A stretch of 64,000 nucleotides of DNA from a virus (Duplodnaviria; Heunggongvirae; Uroviricota; Caudoviricetes): the IMG/VR virus record IMGVR_UViG_3300043119_000318; one strand, 5' to 3'. The notes below the pieces were generated by a model that saw only the letters and a program-made list of their open reading frames with translations, was not told the DNA's origin and did no database searches. Made by a program: the position numbers and the translations under genes. This document shows, piece by piece, positions 8,660 through 17,315 of the stretch. Within the stretch, counting starts at the first letter, position 1, and each line of letters opens with the position of its first letter.

Positions 8660-10998
8660 TACGCTTCCTGACCAACTGCAATTACATCCCAGCGAGAGTC
8701 TGCGGCATTATAAACACAACCAACATAAGTTAGTTTGTTAATAGTAGTCGTTGATGTAGGCAGTGTTGTTCCAACAACTCTAAAACAGTTGGTTCCGCTA
8801 GTAGTCCAAGCAATATTGCGAACTGTTCCATCATCTTTAATGCGGAACATCATTTTCTGTCCGTCTGTAGGAACTCCAGTATCTAAGCCAATCGTCAATG
8901 TTGCTGTGTTAGACAAAGTTAAATTGTACTGATCGTAGGAATCACTAGTCCAACTTTGTGAAGTTGTGCCTGCAGCAACGGCAATTGAATTAACACGCGC
9001 TTTAATACCAGTCGTAACAATCACACGACCCGTACCTTTTGGTGTTAGGGTTAAGTTAATGTTTGTATCAGAACCCTGAGCAGATATAACAGGAATTCCT
9101 GCTGCTGCTGCGCCGACTACTTGTACATAATTTGCAGACCCTGCGCCGCCAATCAGAGTAGTGAATGATCCTGTGGCTGGAGTTGTAGCACCTACGGTCG
9201 TTCCGTTTATCGAGCCACCAGTAATACTTACGCTAGAATCGCTCTGAGAACTGATAGTTCCCAAAGTTGGCTTACCAGTCAGGTCAGCATAGGCACCAGA
9301 GAATAGAGTAGGTTTACCTGTCAAGTCAGCATAGGCACGAGAAAATAGTTCAGTTTTATCTGCTTTATTTCCTAAGGTAGTTGCAATTGTGGTAGAAAAG
9401 TTAGCATCATTTCCCAGCGCGGCAGCAAGCTCATTTAGTGTATCGAGTGTAGCAGGAGCAGTATTAACTAAATTAGAAATTGCTGTTCCAACATATGTTT
9501 CTGTAGCATATCCAGTCAAGCTAGGAATACTTGGCTTGTTAGTTAAGTCTGTATAAGAACCACTAAACAAAGTTGGTTTGTTTAAAATCTGAGCTAACCC
9601 ACTAACTGCATTCCAGTCACTATTAACTTGAGCAGCTGGTATTGTAGGTTTATCAGTTAAGTCATTATAAGAACCAGAGAAAGATCCACCAGTTCCACCA
9701 CTAACAGTAGAGAACTGAAACTTCTTAGTTGTAGCGTTATAGTTTAGATACTTACCATCACCAATTGTTGCCCTATCAACGTCATCTAACCATCTTAAAT
9801 TAACTTCACCTGAACCTGGACCAGTAGCAGCAATTCTACTAATGGCTCTTTCTAGGAATTTAATCTTATTGTTTAATCCAACTATCTCTTGACTTTGGAT
9901 ATAAGGTTGTACTGGAGATGCTGCAGGAGGAGTTACCTCATTCAGCTTAGCCTTAACAACGTTAACTGTATTTAATTCTTCATATAACTTATTAACTTTA
10001 TCTATCTTAGTATCTAATTCATCGTACTTTGAATTGATAAAAATAGAATTTACTTCTCTAATAGTCTCAACTATTTCTTTCTTAGTTTTATCTATTGTTT
10101 TGTTATATTCTTCATTTACGCTATTAATAGTATCAATTTTTTCTTGAAACTTATTAATTTTATCTAAAAATGGCGTTATAGAATTATCATATTTTTCAGA
10201 CAAAGACTTAACTTTAGTTCCAACAGATTCTATATCGAAATATAGATATTTAATATCAGTTAGTAAAGTTTCTTTATTTGTTGCAGTTAATTCACTAGCT
10301 TCTTGTAGTTTAACACTAAGAAGATTTAGATTATGGGATTCTGCTTCTACAACTGACTCTAGTTTTTCTAGTTTAGTTTCGGTATTCTTTAATGCTTCAG
10401 TATTTAAAGAAAGAGCTTTATTGGTATTAAATTCTGTTTCAATTAACTTATTTTTATTACTTTCTACTAATTCATTAATATAATCAATCTTAGAATTTAA
10501 ATTATTGAATATATCAGTTTCTGAATCTACAAATTCCTGTAGTTCATCTACATGTTTCTTAGTTAAAGAAAGTGCTTTATTAATGTTGAATTCTGTCTCA
10601 ATAATTTTCTTTTTATTTTTTGGAACTTCTTCATTAATATATCTAATAATTTTATTAGTTTTTTTATCAACATGTTGTATTAAATCTGATAGAAGATTCA
10701 TATCAGATTCGTTAATTTTAGTTAGATCTTTTTTAAGATATTCTATATTTTCATTGACAACCAATAAGTGAGATAGAAATAATTGTTCTATCTCATCACG
10801 CTGCATTATTACTGAACTATCTCCGCCATTGAAGAAAGACTCTAGTAGTTCAGCTTTTTCGATAGCATCACTGAATTTTTTGTAGTTATTAGAAAAAGAT
10901 TCTAGTAGCTCAATGTTTTGTGGTTTTGGAGTTTTAACTTCCTCAGGAATAATGTTTTGTTTCTCTTTATATTCTGTAAATTTTTTCATCTTTGCCAC
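8659..10998 (-). CDS. Tail fibre-like protein: N-terminal coiled coil, a central tandem LFSGAYADLTGKPT-type repeat module and a beta-rich C-terminus.
   Basis: Coiled-coil heptads. Tandem 14-aa repeats shared with the 1336-aa fibre. Thr/Gly/Ser-rich distal part. Confidence 0.5.
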   Translation of the reverse strand: MAKMKKFTEYKEKQNIIPEEVKTPKPQNIELLESFSNNYKKFSDAIEKAELLESFFNGGDSSVIMQRDEIEQLFLSHLLVVNENIEYLKKDLTKINESDMNLLSDLIQHVDKKTNKIIRYINEEVPKNKKKIIETEFNINKALSLTKKHVDELQEFVDSETDIFNNLNSKIDYINELVESNKNKLIETEFNTNKALSLNTEALKNTETKLEKLESVVEAESHNLNLLSVKLQEASELTATNKETLLTDIKYLYFDIESVGTKVKSLSEKYDNSITPFLDKINKFQEKIDTINSVNEEYNKTIDKTKKEIVETIREVNSIFINSKYDELDTKIDKVNKLYEELNTVNVVKAKLNEVTPPAASPVQPYIQSQEIVGLNNKIKFLERAISRIAATGPGSGEVNLRWLDDVDRATIGDGKYLNYNATTKKFQFSTVSGGTGGSFSGSYNDLTDKPTIPAAQVNSDWNAVSGLAQILNKPTLFSGSYTDLTNKPSIPSLTGYATETYVGTAISNLVNTAPATLDTLNELAAALGNDANFSTTIATTLGNKADKTELFSRAYADLTGKPTLFSGAYADLTGKPTLGTISSQSDSSVSITGGSINGTTVGATTPATGSFTTLIGGAGSANYVQVVGAAAAGIPVISAQGSDTNINLTLTPKGTGRVIVTTGIKARVNSIAVAAGTTSQSWTSDSYDQYNLTLSNTATLTIGLDTGVPTDGQKMMFRIKDDGTVRNIAWTTSGTNCFRVVGTTLPTSTTTINKLTYVGCVYNAADSRWDVIAVGQEA
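9290..9665 (-). repeat. Tandem 42-nt / 14-aa repeats (LFSGAYADLTGKPT family) with flanking sequence. This is copy A of a module shared with the 1336-aa fibre.
   Basis: Near-identical DNA, for example ...aatctgagctaa(c/g)cc...cattcca(g/a)tcactattaacttgagcagctgg..., found at 9580-9665 and 59560-59660. Confidence 0.6.
10400..10620 (-). repeat. Internal direct repeat, two copies about 165 nt apart, in the coiled-coil part of the 779-aa fibre.
   Basis: agagctttattggtattaaattctgtttcaattaacttatttttatt versus agtgctttattaatgttgaattctgtctcaataattttctttttatt. Protein: IETEFNxNKALSL twice. Confidence 0.5.
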
Positions 10999-12170
10999 CC
11001 TTTAATTACTTCAGAAGAGAAGTTAGCCTTGCTAAATTCCATACGATTGACGATCTTAACAGCGCCGCCGGATAGGTGATCAATGGCAACAAAACCTTCT
11101 ACTCCAGTAACTTTGAATCCAGAAGAAGTCTTGATGAACGTGGAGATATGTCCAGCTTCGTTCATCTTGTTGATGATCATTTCTTTGATAGTGGTTAGCT
11201 TCTCAGCTATCTCAAAGATCTTAACGATCTCACGTTTATCATGATTAGCGAAGAAAGCTAGAATCTTCTTACGCTTTTCTTCTTGAACGTCTTTACCCTT
11301 TTGAGTTTTCTTGGACTCGATTTCCTTCTGGAACTTATCATGAATGTAGTCGAAAAGCCCAGTGACATGCGCATTGATATCAGTGATAGGAGTATTGGCT
11401 TTGATCTTGGAGTTGTTGTAGGTTTTAACCTGCATCAATAGATCTTCGTCTCTAGATATTGCATTGAGAGTTAGAGGGTTCGTAGCTTGAAACATAGAAC
11501 CAACATCGGAAAGCATTTTAGTTACTGCAGCAGTCTCTGACTTAGTGAAAGTAGCAGTACCAGAGTAGTCTTTATAGTTAGCGTCGTCCATCCAGATGCT
11601 AGAAACATCCTTGAACTTCTCAACGATACCTTTACCAAAGGAAGCAGACATAGTCTCAAAAGACTTACCTTCGTAGGTAGTATGCCAAACGATACCGATC
11701 TTGGCAGAACGAATCTTAGCACCTAACTCGCTAGAGTAAGGAATGGCATAAACGATAGTGTTTGGATGAAAGGTAACATACTTCTCATCGTCGATGATCT
11801 CGATCTTTTTATCGTCAGTGAACATAAGGTCACCTTGATAAACACCAGACTTGATGCCTAGCTTTGAGAATTCAGAGAGAGCGATCTTGAATTTATCGGC
11901 TAGATCTCCAGACAACTCAGCATCAATCTCGGCTGAAGTCTTATAAACTTTAGGCTCTTTATTGAAGATACCCTTCTTAGCTACGAAGAACTTTCCGTCT
12001 CTTGGATCAATACCAGCAAAGATAGCTGGTGCGCCGTCCCACTTCACAGTGGCAGTTACTTTGGAAGCAGAGTTGCCTGCAAGCATGTCACGGAGGTCAC
12101 GTAGGAAGTTGATCGCCTTGCGAGTGCCAGCTACACCTTCGTTGAAGACTAGGTCCTCGAGGTGTTCCAT
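10986..12170 (-). CDS. ATP-dependent RNA ligase (Rnl1/RnlA-like, nucleotidyltransferase superfamily).
   Basis: It has the KWDG (KxDG adenylation) motif and an EGFVAIDHLSGGAVKIV block resembling T4 Rnl1 motifs IV/V (EGYVAVMKDGSHFKIK). The start was moved to M18 (12170) because a sigma70-type promoter occupies 12228-12256 and GAGGAAAAG precedes that ATG. Confidence 0.45.
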   Translation of the reverse strand: MEHLEDLVFNEGVAGTRKAINFLRDLRDMLAGNSASKVTATVKWDGAPAIFAGIDPRDGKFFVAKKGIFNKEPKVYKTSAEIDAELSGDLADKFKIALSEFSKLGIKSGVYQGDLMFTDDKKIEIIDDEKYVTFHPNTIVYAIPYSSELGAKIRSAKIGIVWHTTYEGKSFETMSASFGKGIVEKFKDVSSIWMDDANYKDYSGTATFTKSETAAVTKMLSDVGSMFQATNPLTLNAISRDEDLLMQVKTYNNSKIKANTPITDINAHVTGLFDYIHDKFQKEIESKKTQKGKDVQEEKRKKILAFFANHDKREIVKIFEIAEKLTTIKEMIINKMNEAGHISTFIKTSSGFKVTGVEGFVAIDHLSGGAVKIVNRMEFSKANFSSEVIKGWQR

Positions 12171-12227
12171 GTGGGTGTTCTTTTCCTCGACTATGTAGGT
12201 CTTTAAACTTTTCAACTTCATACCGTT

Positions 12228-12256
12228 ATTTTACCTCTTTGTTGCATTAAAGTCAA
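12228..12256 (-). promoter_or_regulatory. Sigma70-type promoter TTGACT-17-TAAAAT (host-type early promoter).
   Basis: The minus strand reads TTGACTTTAATGCAACAAAGAGGTAAAAT directly downstream of the hairpin at 12262-12282. Confidence 0.55.
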
Positions 12257-12261
12257 GCGAT

Positions 12262-12282
12262 AACCCTACTCTCAGTAGGGTT
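12262..12282 (-). terminator. Terminator hairpin of the repeated cassette.
   Basis: AACCCTACtctcaGTAGGGTT, followed on the minus strand by TATCGC and a promoter. Confidence 0.5.
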
Positions 12283-13196
12283 TACCAGGGGTCTCCGGAC
12301 AACTTTACTGATGATGCCATCTTTTCAGATTCAAATTTAAATCGAATCTTCATTATCTTTTTACTACCAGCAGATACACCGATTGATTCATTACCAACGA
12401 TCTCTAACTTGATATCGTATTTACTAAGAGCATCTAGTTTTGGATTATTAATTGGATCCATAACCATTGCTTTATATGGTGCTTTGTTCCCTTGACCAGT
12501 AACTTTAATATAGGGAGGAGATATAACTTCAGCATCCATCCAATCTGATAGCAGATATTTCTTTAGCTCGGGTTGTTTCATTTTCTGTAAACGCAGCATC
12601 ATAACATCACGCATAGCTGCTAAAACCTTTACACCGATCTCTTCAGTCTGTTTTTTAATTCCAGGATTTTCTCGAATATATGGTTTTCTCAGAGTGTCAG
12701 ATGGAGGAAGATTAAACTTTTTAATTGTTTGCGCCAACTGATTCTTATATTCTTCACCAAGTTTAAGTCCAAGGTTTCTATCAACAGTTCCAACACCTGG
12801 ATTCTTAAATCCGATATCACCTTTGCCTTGAGTAGCTTTAGCTGACAGACCGAGGAATCCTTTAGATGGACCAGAGTTAAATTTAACTAAGATGTCTGTA
12901 GGATTTTTCTTCTGATCGACTGGTTCTCCAAAGGCATCAGCCATAGAACCTGGACGAGCAGTCCACCAGACCCCTACTATTGGAGTCTTATATCCATTTT
13001 GTTTCGCCCACTTAATGAATTCTTCTGCCATCACTGCAGATTTACCAATAGCATCAGCTACTTCATCAGCATTTGCTTGTTTGCATCTCTCGTTAAATTG
13101 CTGTTTAGCAGCGTTGTCGTACCATTCGTTTCCGTTTAGAACGTAGCCAGTGTAGATTTCATTGATATCTGATAGTATTGTATTTGCTGTTGCCAT
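12282..13196 (-). CDS. Hypothetical protein.
   Basis: A 304-aa ORF with no confident motif. It contains an SPPY tetrapeptide but no clear SAM-binding motif. Confidence 0.35.
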   Translation of the reverse strand: MATANTILSDINEIYTGYVLNGNEWYDNAAKQQFNERCKQANADEVADAIGKSAVMAEEFIKWAKQNGYKTPIVGVWWTARPGSMADAFGEPVDQKKNPTDILVKFNSGPSKGFLGLSAKATQGKGDIGFKNPGVGTVDRNLGLKLGEEYKNQLAQTIKKFNLPPSDTLRKPYIRENPGIKKQTEEIGVKVLAAMRDVMMLRLQKMKQPELKKYLLSDWMDAEVISPPYIKVTGQGNKAPYKAMVMDPINNPKLDALSKYDIKLEIVGNESIGVSAGSKKIMKIRFKFESEKMASSVKLSGDPW

Positions 13197-13238
13197 GATT
13201 CCAATCCATATGTCTGCATCATGTATTTAGGTCACATT

Positions 13239-14585
13239 TCAACCAAAGAAAGATTCTAGATCTACAGTGTTATCTTCAAAGTGTTCATCAAACATTTTAC
13301 GAGCCAGCTTTGGCAGCTTAGGGTCGTGATTAGATTTGGTCTTCAATTCATTTAGATAACCAGTTTGCTTACCCATTGCGAGATCGACATAGTGCTGAGC
13401 GATCACCTTACGATCAAACTGTTTAATCAGTTCATAGTTGTTCAACTGAATCTGTTTGTATGCTTCTGGGCTCATATCGCAGTACTCTGTGATTTTTTCA
13501 GCGTATTGTCTTGGTGTATAAGAACGCTTCAACATACAATAATTGATACCTGCCTTTAGAACAACTCCATTACCTTCTTCGTTGTTGGAAACACCGTAGT
13601 TAATTGCAATGGGAACAGTACCAATACGCATGGCATCAATCACCACACGGTTGAAATGCTCGCCATAGGTATTTGACCAGCTTGGATCTACAAGAAATTT
13701 AGATGTAGTTAGGATCTCATCACGCTTACCGCCAGAGATAAAGCCAAGGTAGTCGAAGGTGCCAGAGTTTTCAGCATTTTCCCAGATACGCTTACCCAAC
13801 ATTTTGTCAGTTGCATCTGGATCATACTCCTTCGTACAGTAGTATTCTTCCTTACACTTTTCCTTGGACATCATGTATGCAGCTTCCATACCATAACCAC
13901 CTACCAGAGTTTTAACCATTGGCATGTGTGGAACTGCACGAACTAAGTCATCAACACGCTTCCAACGCTTGAATGTTTGAATAGAAAGGATCTTGTTCTC
14001 ACGACCAGCATATCTTGGAGTCTCAGGAATACCAGCGATGTCTTGTGGGTTCAGAATCATTGCACGCGGAACGTTCATGAAGTCAGCTGAATCATACGCT
14101 GCAGGATGCACACATGCCAGACCTGCAAAATGTTGTTCGAACAATTGAATCCAAGTATACAACTTCTTCAGATTACCGTCATGAATAATGGCAACTTGTT
14201 TCGCTTTAACCTTCTCGATCATCGGCAGCCAGTTGACATCTTTCTCAGTGTCTTTGTTCTTAAATCCAAAGATAGATTGCCAGATTACGATGTCATGTTT
14301 GTTAGCATCCTCAACGAATTTATTGATAGACTCTTTAACTTTGTAAGAGTAGTAAGGTGCCATCCAACCATCACCCTGGTGGACAGGATAACCTGAGCCA
14401 ACACCAATCTCCCATCCTTCACCCAGCGTTTCAGGAATCTGAACTGGGCGAACAGTTTTATTACCCTTCAAATATGCAAAGTTAACTTCGTGACCAAGCT
14501 CTTTTAAACCAGCCATCAAATGTTCACAGTGATTGATGATACCACCGAAGTTATTGAACGTATGCATTACCATTAAAATTTTCAT
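13239..14585 (-). CDS. GT-B fold glycosyltransferase (GT4-like) with a C-terminal clamp-binding-like tail (VDLESFFG).
   Basis: The N-terminus MKILMVMHTFNNFGGIINHCEHL...GHEV and the C-terminal EHFNRVVIDAMRIGTVPIA (Ex7E-type) block are GT4 hallmarks. The tail resembles T4 gp43 SLDFLFG. Confidence 0.6.
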   Translation of the reverse strand: MKILMVMHTFNNFGGIINHCEHLMAGLKELGHEVNFAYLKGNKTVRPVQIPETLGEGWEIGVGSGYPVHQGDGWMAPYYSYKVKESINKFVEDANKHDIVIWQSIFGFKNKDTEKDVNWLPMIEKVKAKQVAIIHDGNLKKLYTWIQLFEQHFAGLACVHPAAYDSADFMNVPRAMILNPQDIAGIPETPRYAGRENKILSIQTFKRWKRVDDLVRAVPHMPMVKTLVGGYGMEAAYMMSKEKCKEEYYCTKEYDPDATDKMLGKRIWENAENSGTFDYLGFISGGKRDEILTTSKFLVDPSWSNTYGEHFNRVVIDAMRIGTVPIAINYGVSNNEEGNGVVLKAGINYCMLKRSYTPRQYAEKITEYCDMSPEAYKQIQLNNYELIKQFDRKVIAQHYVDLAMGKQTGYLNELKTKSNHDPKLPKLARKMFDEHFEDNTVDLESFFG

Positions 14586-14599
14586 AATTATCTTTCAGT

Positions 14600-15937
14600 T
14601 TAAAAGAAGTCTTCAAGCGAAGATTTAACAGAGTCTGGATGATACTTCTGCAAAACAGTAGTTCCCATCTTCGATTCTAGGTAGTCATACCAGTCTTGGC
14701 TTTCCCACATACCAGAACCAACACCATTCCAGAGTGGACGCCACTCTGGATGTTCTTTATTTAGACGACGAGATTCAACAAAGTCAAATCGACAGTCTTC
14801 ATATTCCTTAGTACCGAGCTCAAGCATCTTCTCACGGAAGTAAACCACAAGCGAAATACGCTCAGAACCTTCTTGACAGACGATAGGAGTATTTCCGTGC
14901 ATAACTTCATGGTTGTTGATCAGAAGCAAATCACCGGGACGAACGTTAACAGCTACACGATACTCAGGTGCAACAAGGTAAGCACCGCTGTAACGACCAT
15001 CGTTGGATAGAGTCAACAAGTTAGACAACCCGCTAGTCAAGTCACCGGCATCGTAGTGAGCAGCTGTGCGGAAAGTTTTGTTAACAGTTACAGTGGTGAA
15101 TGGTGTTCCAGGAACCAGGAATTGCTTATCAATCTTCGAAGCAGCTTCCATTTGATTCCCATAACGCCATGGGAGCAAATCTTTAAATCCAGCAGCAAGG
15201 GTTTGTAGGAAAGGAAAAGCCATGGCAAACTTCTCAGGATTCTTCTGAGTATAAGAAGTGGCGCGACCATAAGGGATGCGTGGATAGCGATCGAACCAAC
15301 CAGCAATACCAGAGTTAACAGAGTTAGCATAGGTGGTGGCGCAGATCAGTTTCTCAGCCACGTACTTGGCGGAAGCAATCTGCTCATCCTCGGAAAGAAT
15401 TTTAGTGGCATCTACCCATGCTTCAAAGTTGAACTTATCTTTCTGAACACGGTCAATGGACCATACATTGGAACGATTCGAGATGACACCTTTCTTAGAA
15501 GCATGCTTCTTACGAATTTCTTCTACTGGATCTTCGCCGAACAGGTTACCAGTTGGCTTGAGAAAATAGTCAACCATGTCATACTCATACTCAGTGACCC
15601 AATCGCGATTGCCTAACTTATCAGCACGCGGACCTGCAGCCAAACCTCTGTTCTGAGTTTCGATGGCAGCTTCACGTAGACCTGCATAGGCAGCATCCTG
15701 CTGTTCTTTGGTGAAGAAGTTCTTGCGAAACTTCATGATGATTCTACGCTCGTCCTTATTCTCAATCGAATCACCATATTCTGGCGGAGCGTACACATCA
15801 CAATCTTCTTCCAACAGAACATCGTAGTGAGACTCGTCTAGAAATTGACCCAACAAATGAGTGCAATCATGTTTTCTATCAGCGACAATAACCTTTACCA
15901 TATAATTCTCCTTAGAACTTAAAACCTTCGTAGCCAT
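14600..15937 (-). CDS. 2OG-Fe(II) dioxygenase, a candidate nucleic-acid base oxygenase (TET/JBP-like), with C-terminal SSLEDFF identical to the tail of this phage's DNA polymerase.
   Basis: An HYD (HxD) motif, about 55 aa to NNHEVMHG, then ERIS (RxS) about 13 aa later. The final 7 aa are identical to those of gp43. Confidence 0.55.
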   Translation of the reverse strand: MATKVLSSKENYMVKVIVADRKHDCTHLLGQFLDESHYDVLLEEDCDVYAPPEYGDSIENKDERRIIMKFRKNFFTKEQQDAAYAGLREAAIETQNRGLAAGPRADKLGNRDWVTEYEYDMVDYFLKPTGNLFGEDPVEEIRKKHASKKGVISNRSNVWSIDRVQKDKFNFEAWVDATKILSEDEQIASAKYVAEKLICATTYANSVNSGIAGWFDRYPRIPYGRATSYTQKNPEKFAMAFPFLQTLAAGFKDLLPWRYGNQMEAASKIDKQFLVPGTPFTTVTVNKTFRTAAHYDAGDLTSGLSNLLTLSNDGRYSGAYLVAPEYRVAVNVRPGDLLLINNHEVMHGNTPIVCQEGSERISLVVYFREKMLELGTKEYEDCRFDFVESRRLNKEHPEWRPLWNGVGSGMWESQDWYDYLESKMGTTVLQKYHPDSVKSSLEDFF

Positions 15938-17315
15938 CTGTCTTCAACCGTTTACCGAATTCACTCTTATCAAACATCGGACCGTCATCATGGCTTCGTT
16001 TACCTGCGTCGGACAAACCTTCTTGAGCAGAAATCTCAACATCATAGAGTTTCATCTTCGAGCGATCAATACCAAGAACAAATCTCTTATAGTAGTTCAG
16101 ATCATTGTAACGGTTCTTCAATTGCTTAACGATGATCTGATTCAACTGCTCAAGTTCTTCGTTTGATACCAAGGCAAACATAAAGTCAGCAGTGGCAGGC
16201 AAGCCGAATGATTCTGAAGTATCTTCCAATCCTGGATCGCTATTCGTGAAACCACCTCTGGTAGTTTGAGTTGCCGAAATAATCGGAACGTTGTACTCTA
16301 CTGCCAGACCACGAAGCTCTTCAGCGATTGCCTTTACATATGTATAAGAATTTACATTCGCTCCCTGCTTCATACGTTGAGAAGCGCAGATGTTTAAATA
16401 GTCGATCATGATAATGTCAGGGATGAATTCTCGCTTTAGCTTTAGCTCTTCTAACAAGGCACGGAAATGTCCAGCGTGCGCTGATGCAGTAGGATACTCT
16501 TTGACGATTAGCTTACCTTGAGTCTTTTTAGCGATTTTACCAATACGCGTATTGAAGACTTCTCTATCAACAACCTTCAATTCATCCATGGTCAGGTTCA
16601 AGAGATTCGCGTCAATACGTTCTGCGATGCGCTCCTCAGCCATTTCCATAGTTATGTATAAGACATTTCTACCCTTGGTTAGTGCACCAGCTGCCACGTG
16701 ACACATGAACAAAGACTTACCAACACCAGTGCCGGCAAGCGCAATGTTTAGAGTTTTACGAGACAGACCACCTTTAGTGATAAGGTTAAACATCTCCAAA
16801 TCGAACGGAATCTTTTCTTCTATTCTGTTATAGAAGTCAAATCGTTCCTCAGCATTCTCAATGTAATCATGACCAATGTGATTGTCAAAGCAAGTGCCAA
16901 GTGCTTCAGACAACAATGAAGGGATCGCATCCTTACTGTGGACTTGGTCTTTTCCTTCAATGATTTTAATGGAAGCAAGAATGGCGTTGTAAACTGCTCG
17001 GTCTTTACAGAATTGCTCTGTTTGCTCAAGCAGCCATTCTTGGTTCTTTTCTTGAGTGTTTAGACTTTGAAGATATTCAGTATATTCTGGGACTTCTTTG
17101 TCAGTCAACCCCTTGAGGTTGGCGATCTCAATAGCCAGAATTTCTGTAGATGCTGTCTTATTGTACTTCGTGAAGAAGGAAACAACAAGACTTGCGATCA
17201 TAGCATCTTTGCGATCCGCAAAGTATTCTTTCTTAAGATGTGGAACTACCTTTCTGCAATACTCCTCATTATTGATGAGATTTGAAAGAATCGTTTTCTC
17301 TAGAGTCATCAACAC
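15912..17315 (-). CDS. 41: Replicative DNA helicase, DnaB-like (T4 gp41 homologue).
   Basis: Walker A GTGVGKS and RecA-like DnaB C-domain. The N-terminal region is similar to T4 gp41. Confidence 0.8.
   Translation of the reverse strand: MLMTLEKTILSNLINNEEYCRKVVPHLKKEYFADRKDAMIASLVVSFFTKYNKTASTEILAIEIANLKGLTDKEVPEYTEYLQSLNTQEKNQEWLLEQTEQFCKDRAVYNAILASIKIIEGKDQVHSKDAIPSLLSEALGTCFDNHIGHDYIENAEERFDFYNRIEEKIPFDLEMFNLITKGGLSRKTLNIALAGTGVGKSLFMCHVAAGALTKGRNVLYITMEMAEERIAERIDANLLNLTMDELKVVDREVFNTRIGKIAKKTQGKLIVKEYPTASAHAGHFRALLEELKLKREFIPDIIMIDYLNICASQRMKQGANVNSYTYVKAIAEELRGLAVEYNVPIISATQTTRGGFTNSDPGLEDTSESFGLPATADFMFALVSNEELEQLNQIIVKQLKNRYNDLNYYKRFVLGIDRSKMKLYDVEISAQEGLSDAGKRSHDDGPMFDKSEFGKRLKTDGYEGFKF

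Noticed and set aside
12282-13196. The SPPY tetrapeptide suggested an N4/N6 DNA methyltransferase motif IV.
   Set aside because: No FxGxG SAM-binding motif or other MTase blocks could be found. A single tetrapeptide is insufficient.
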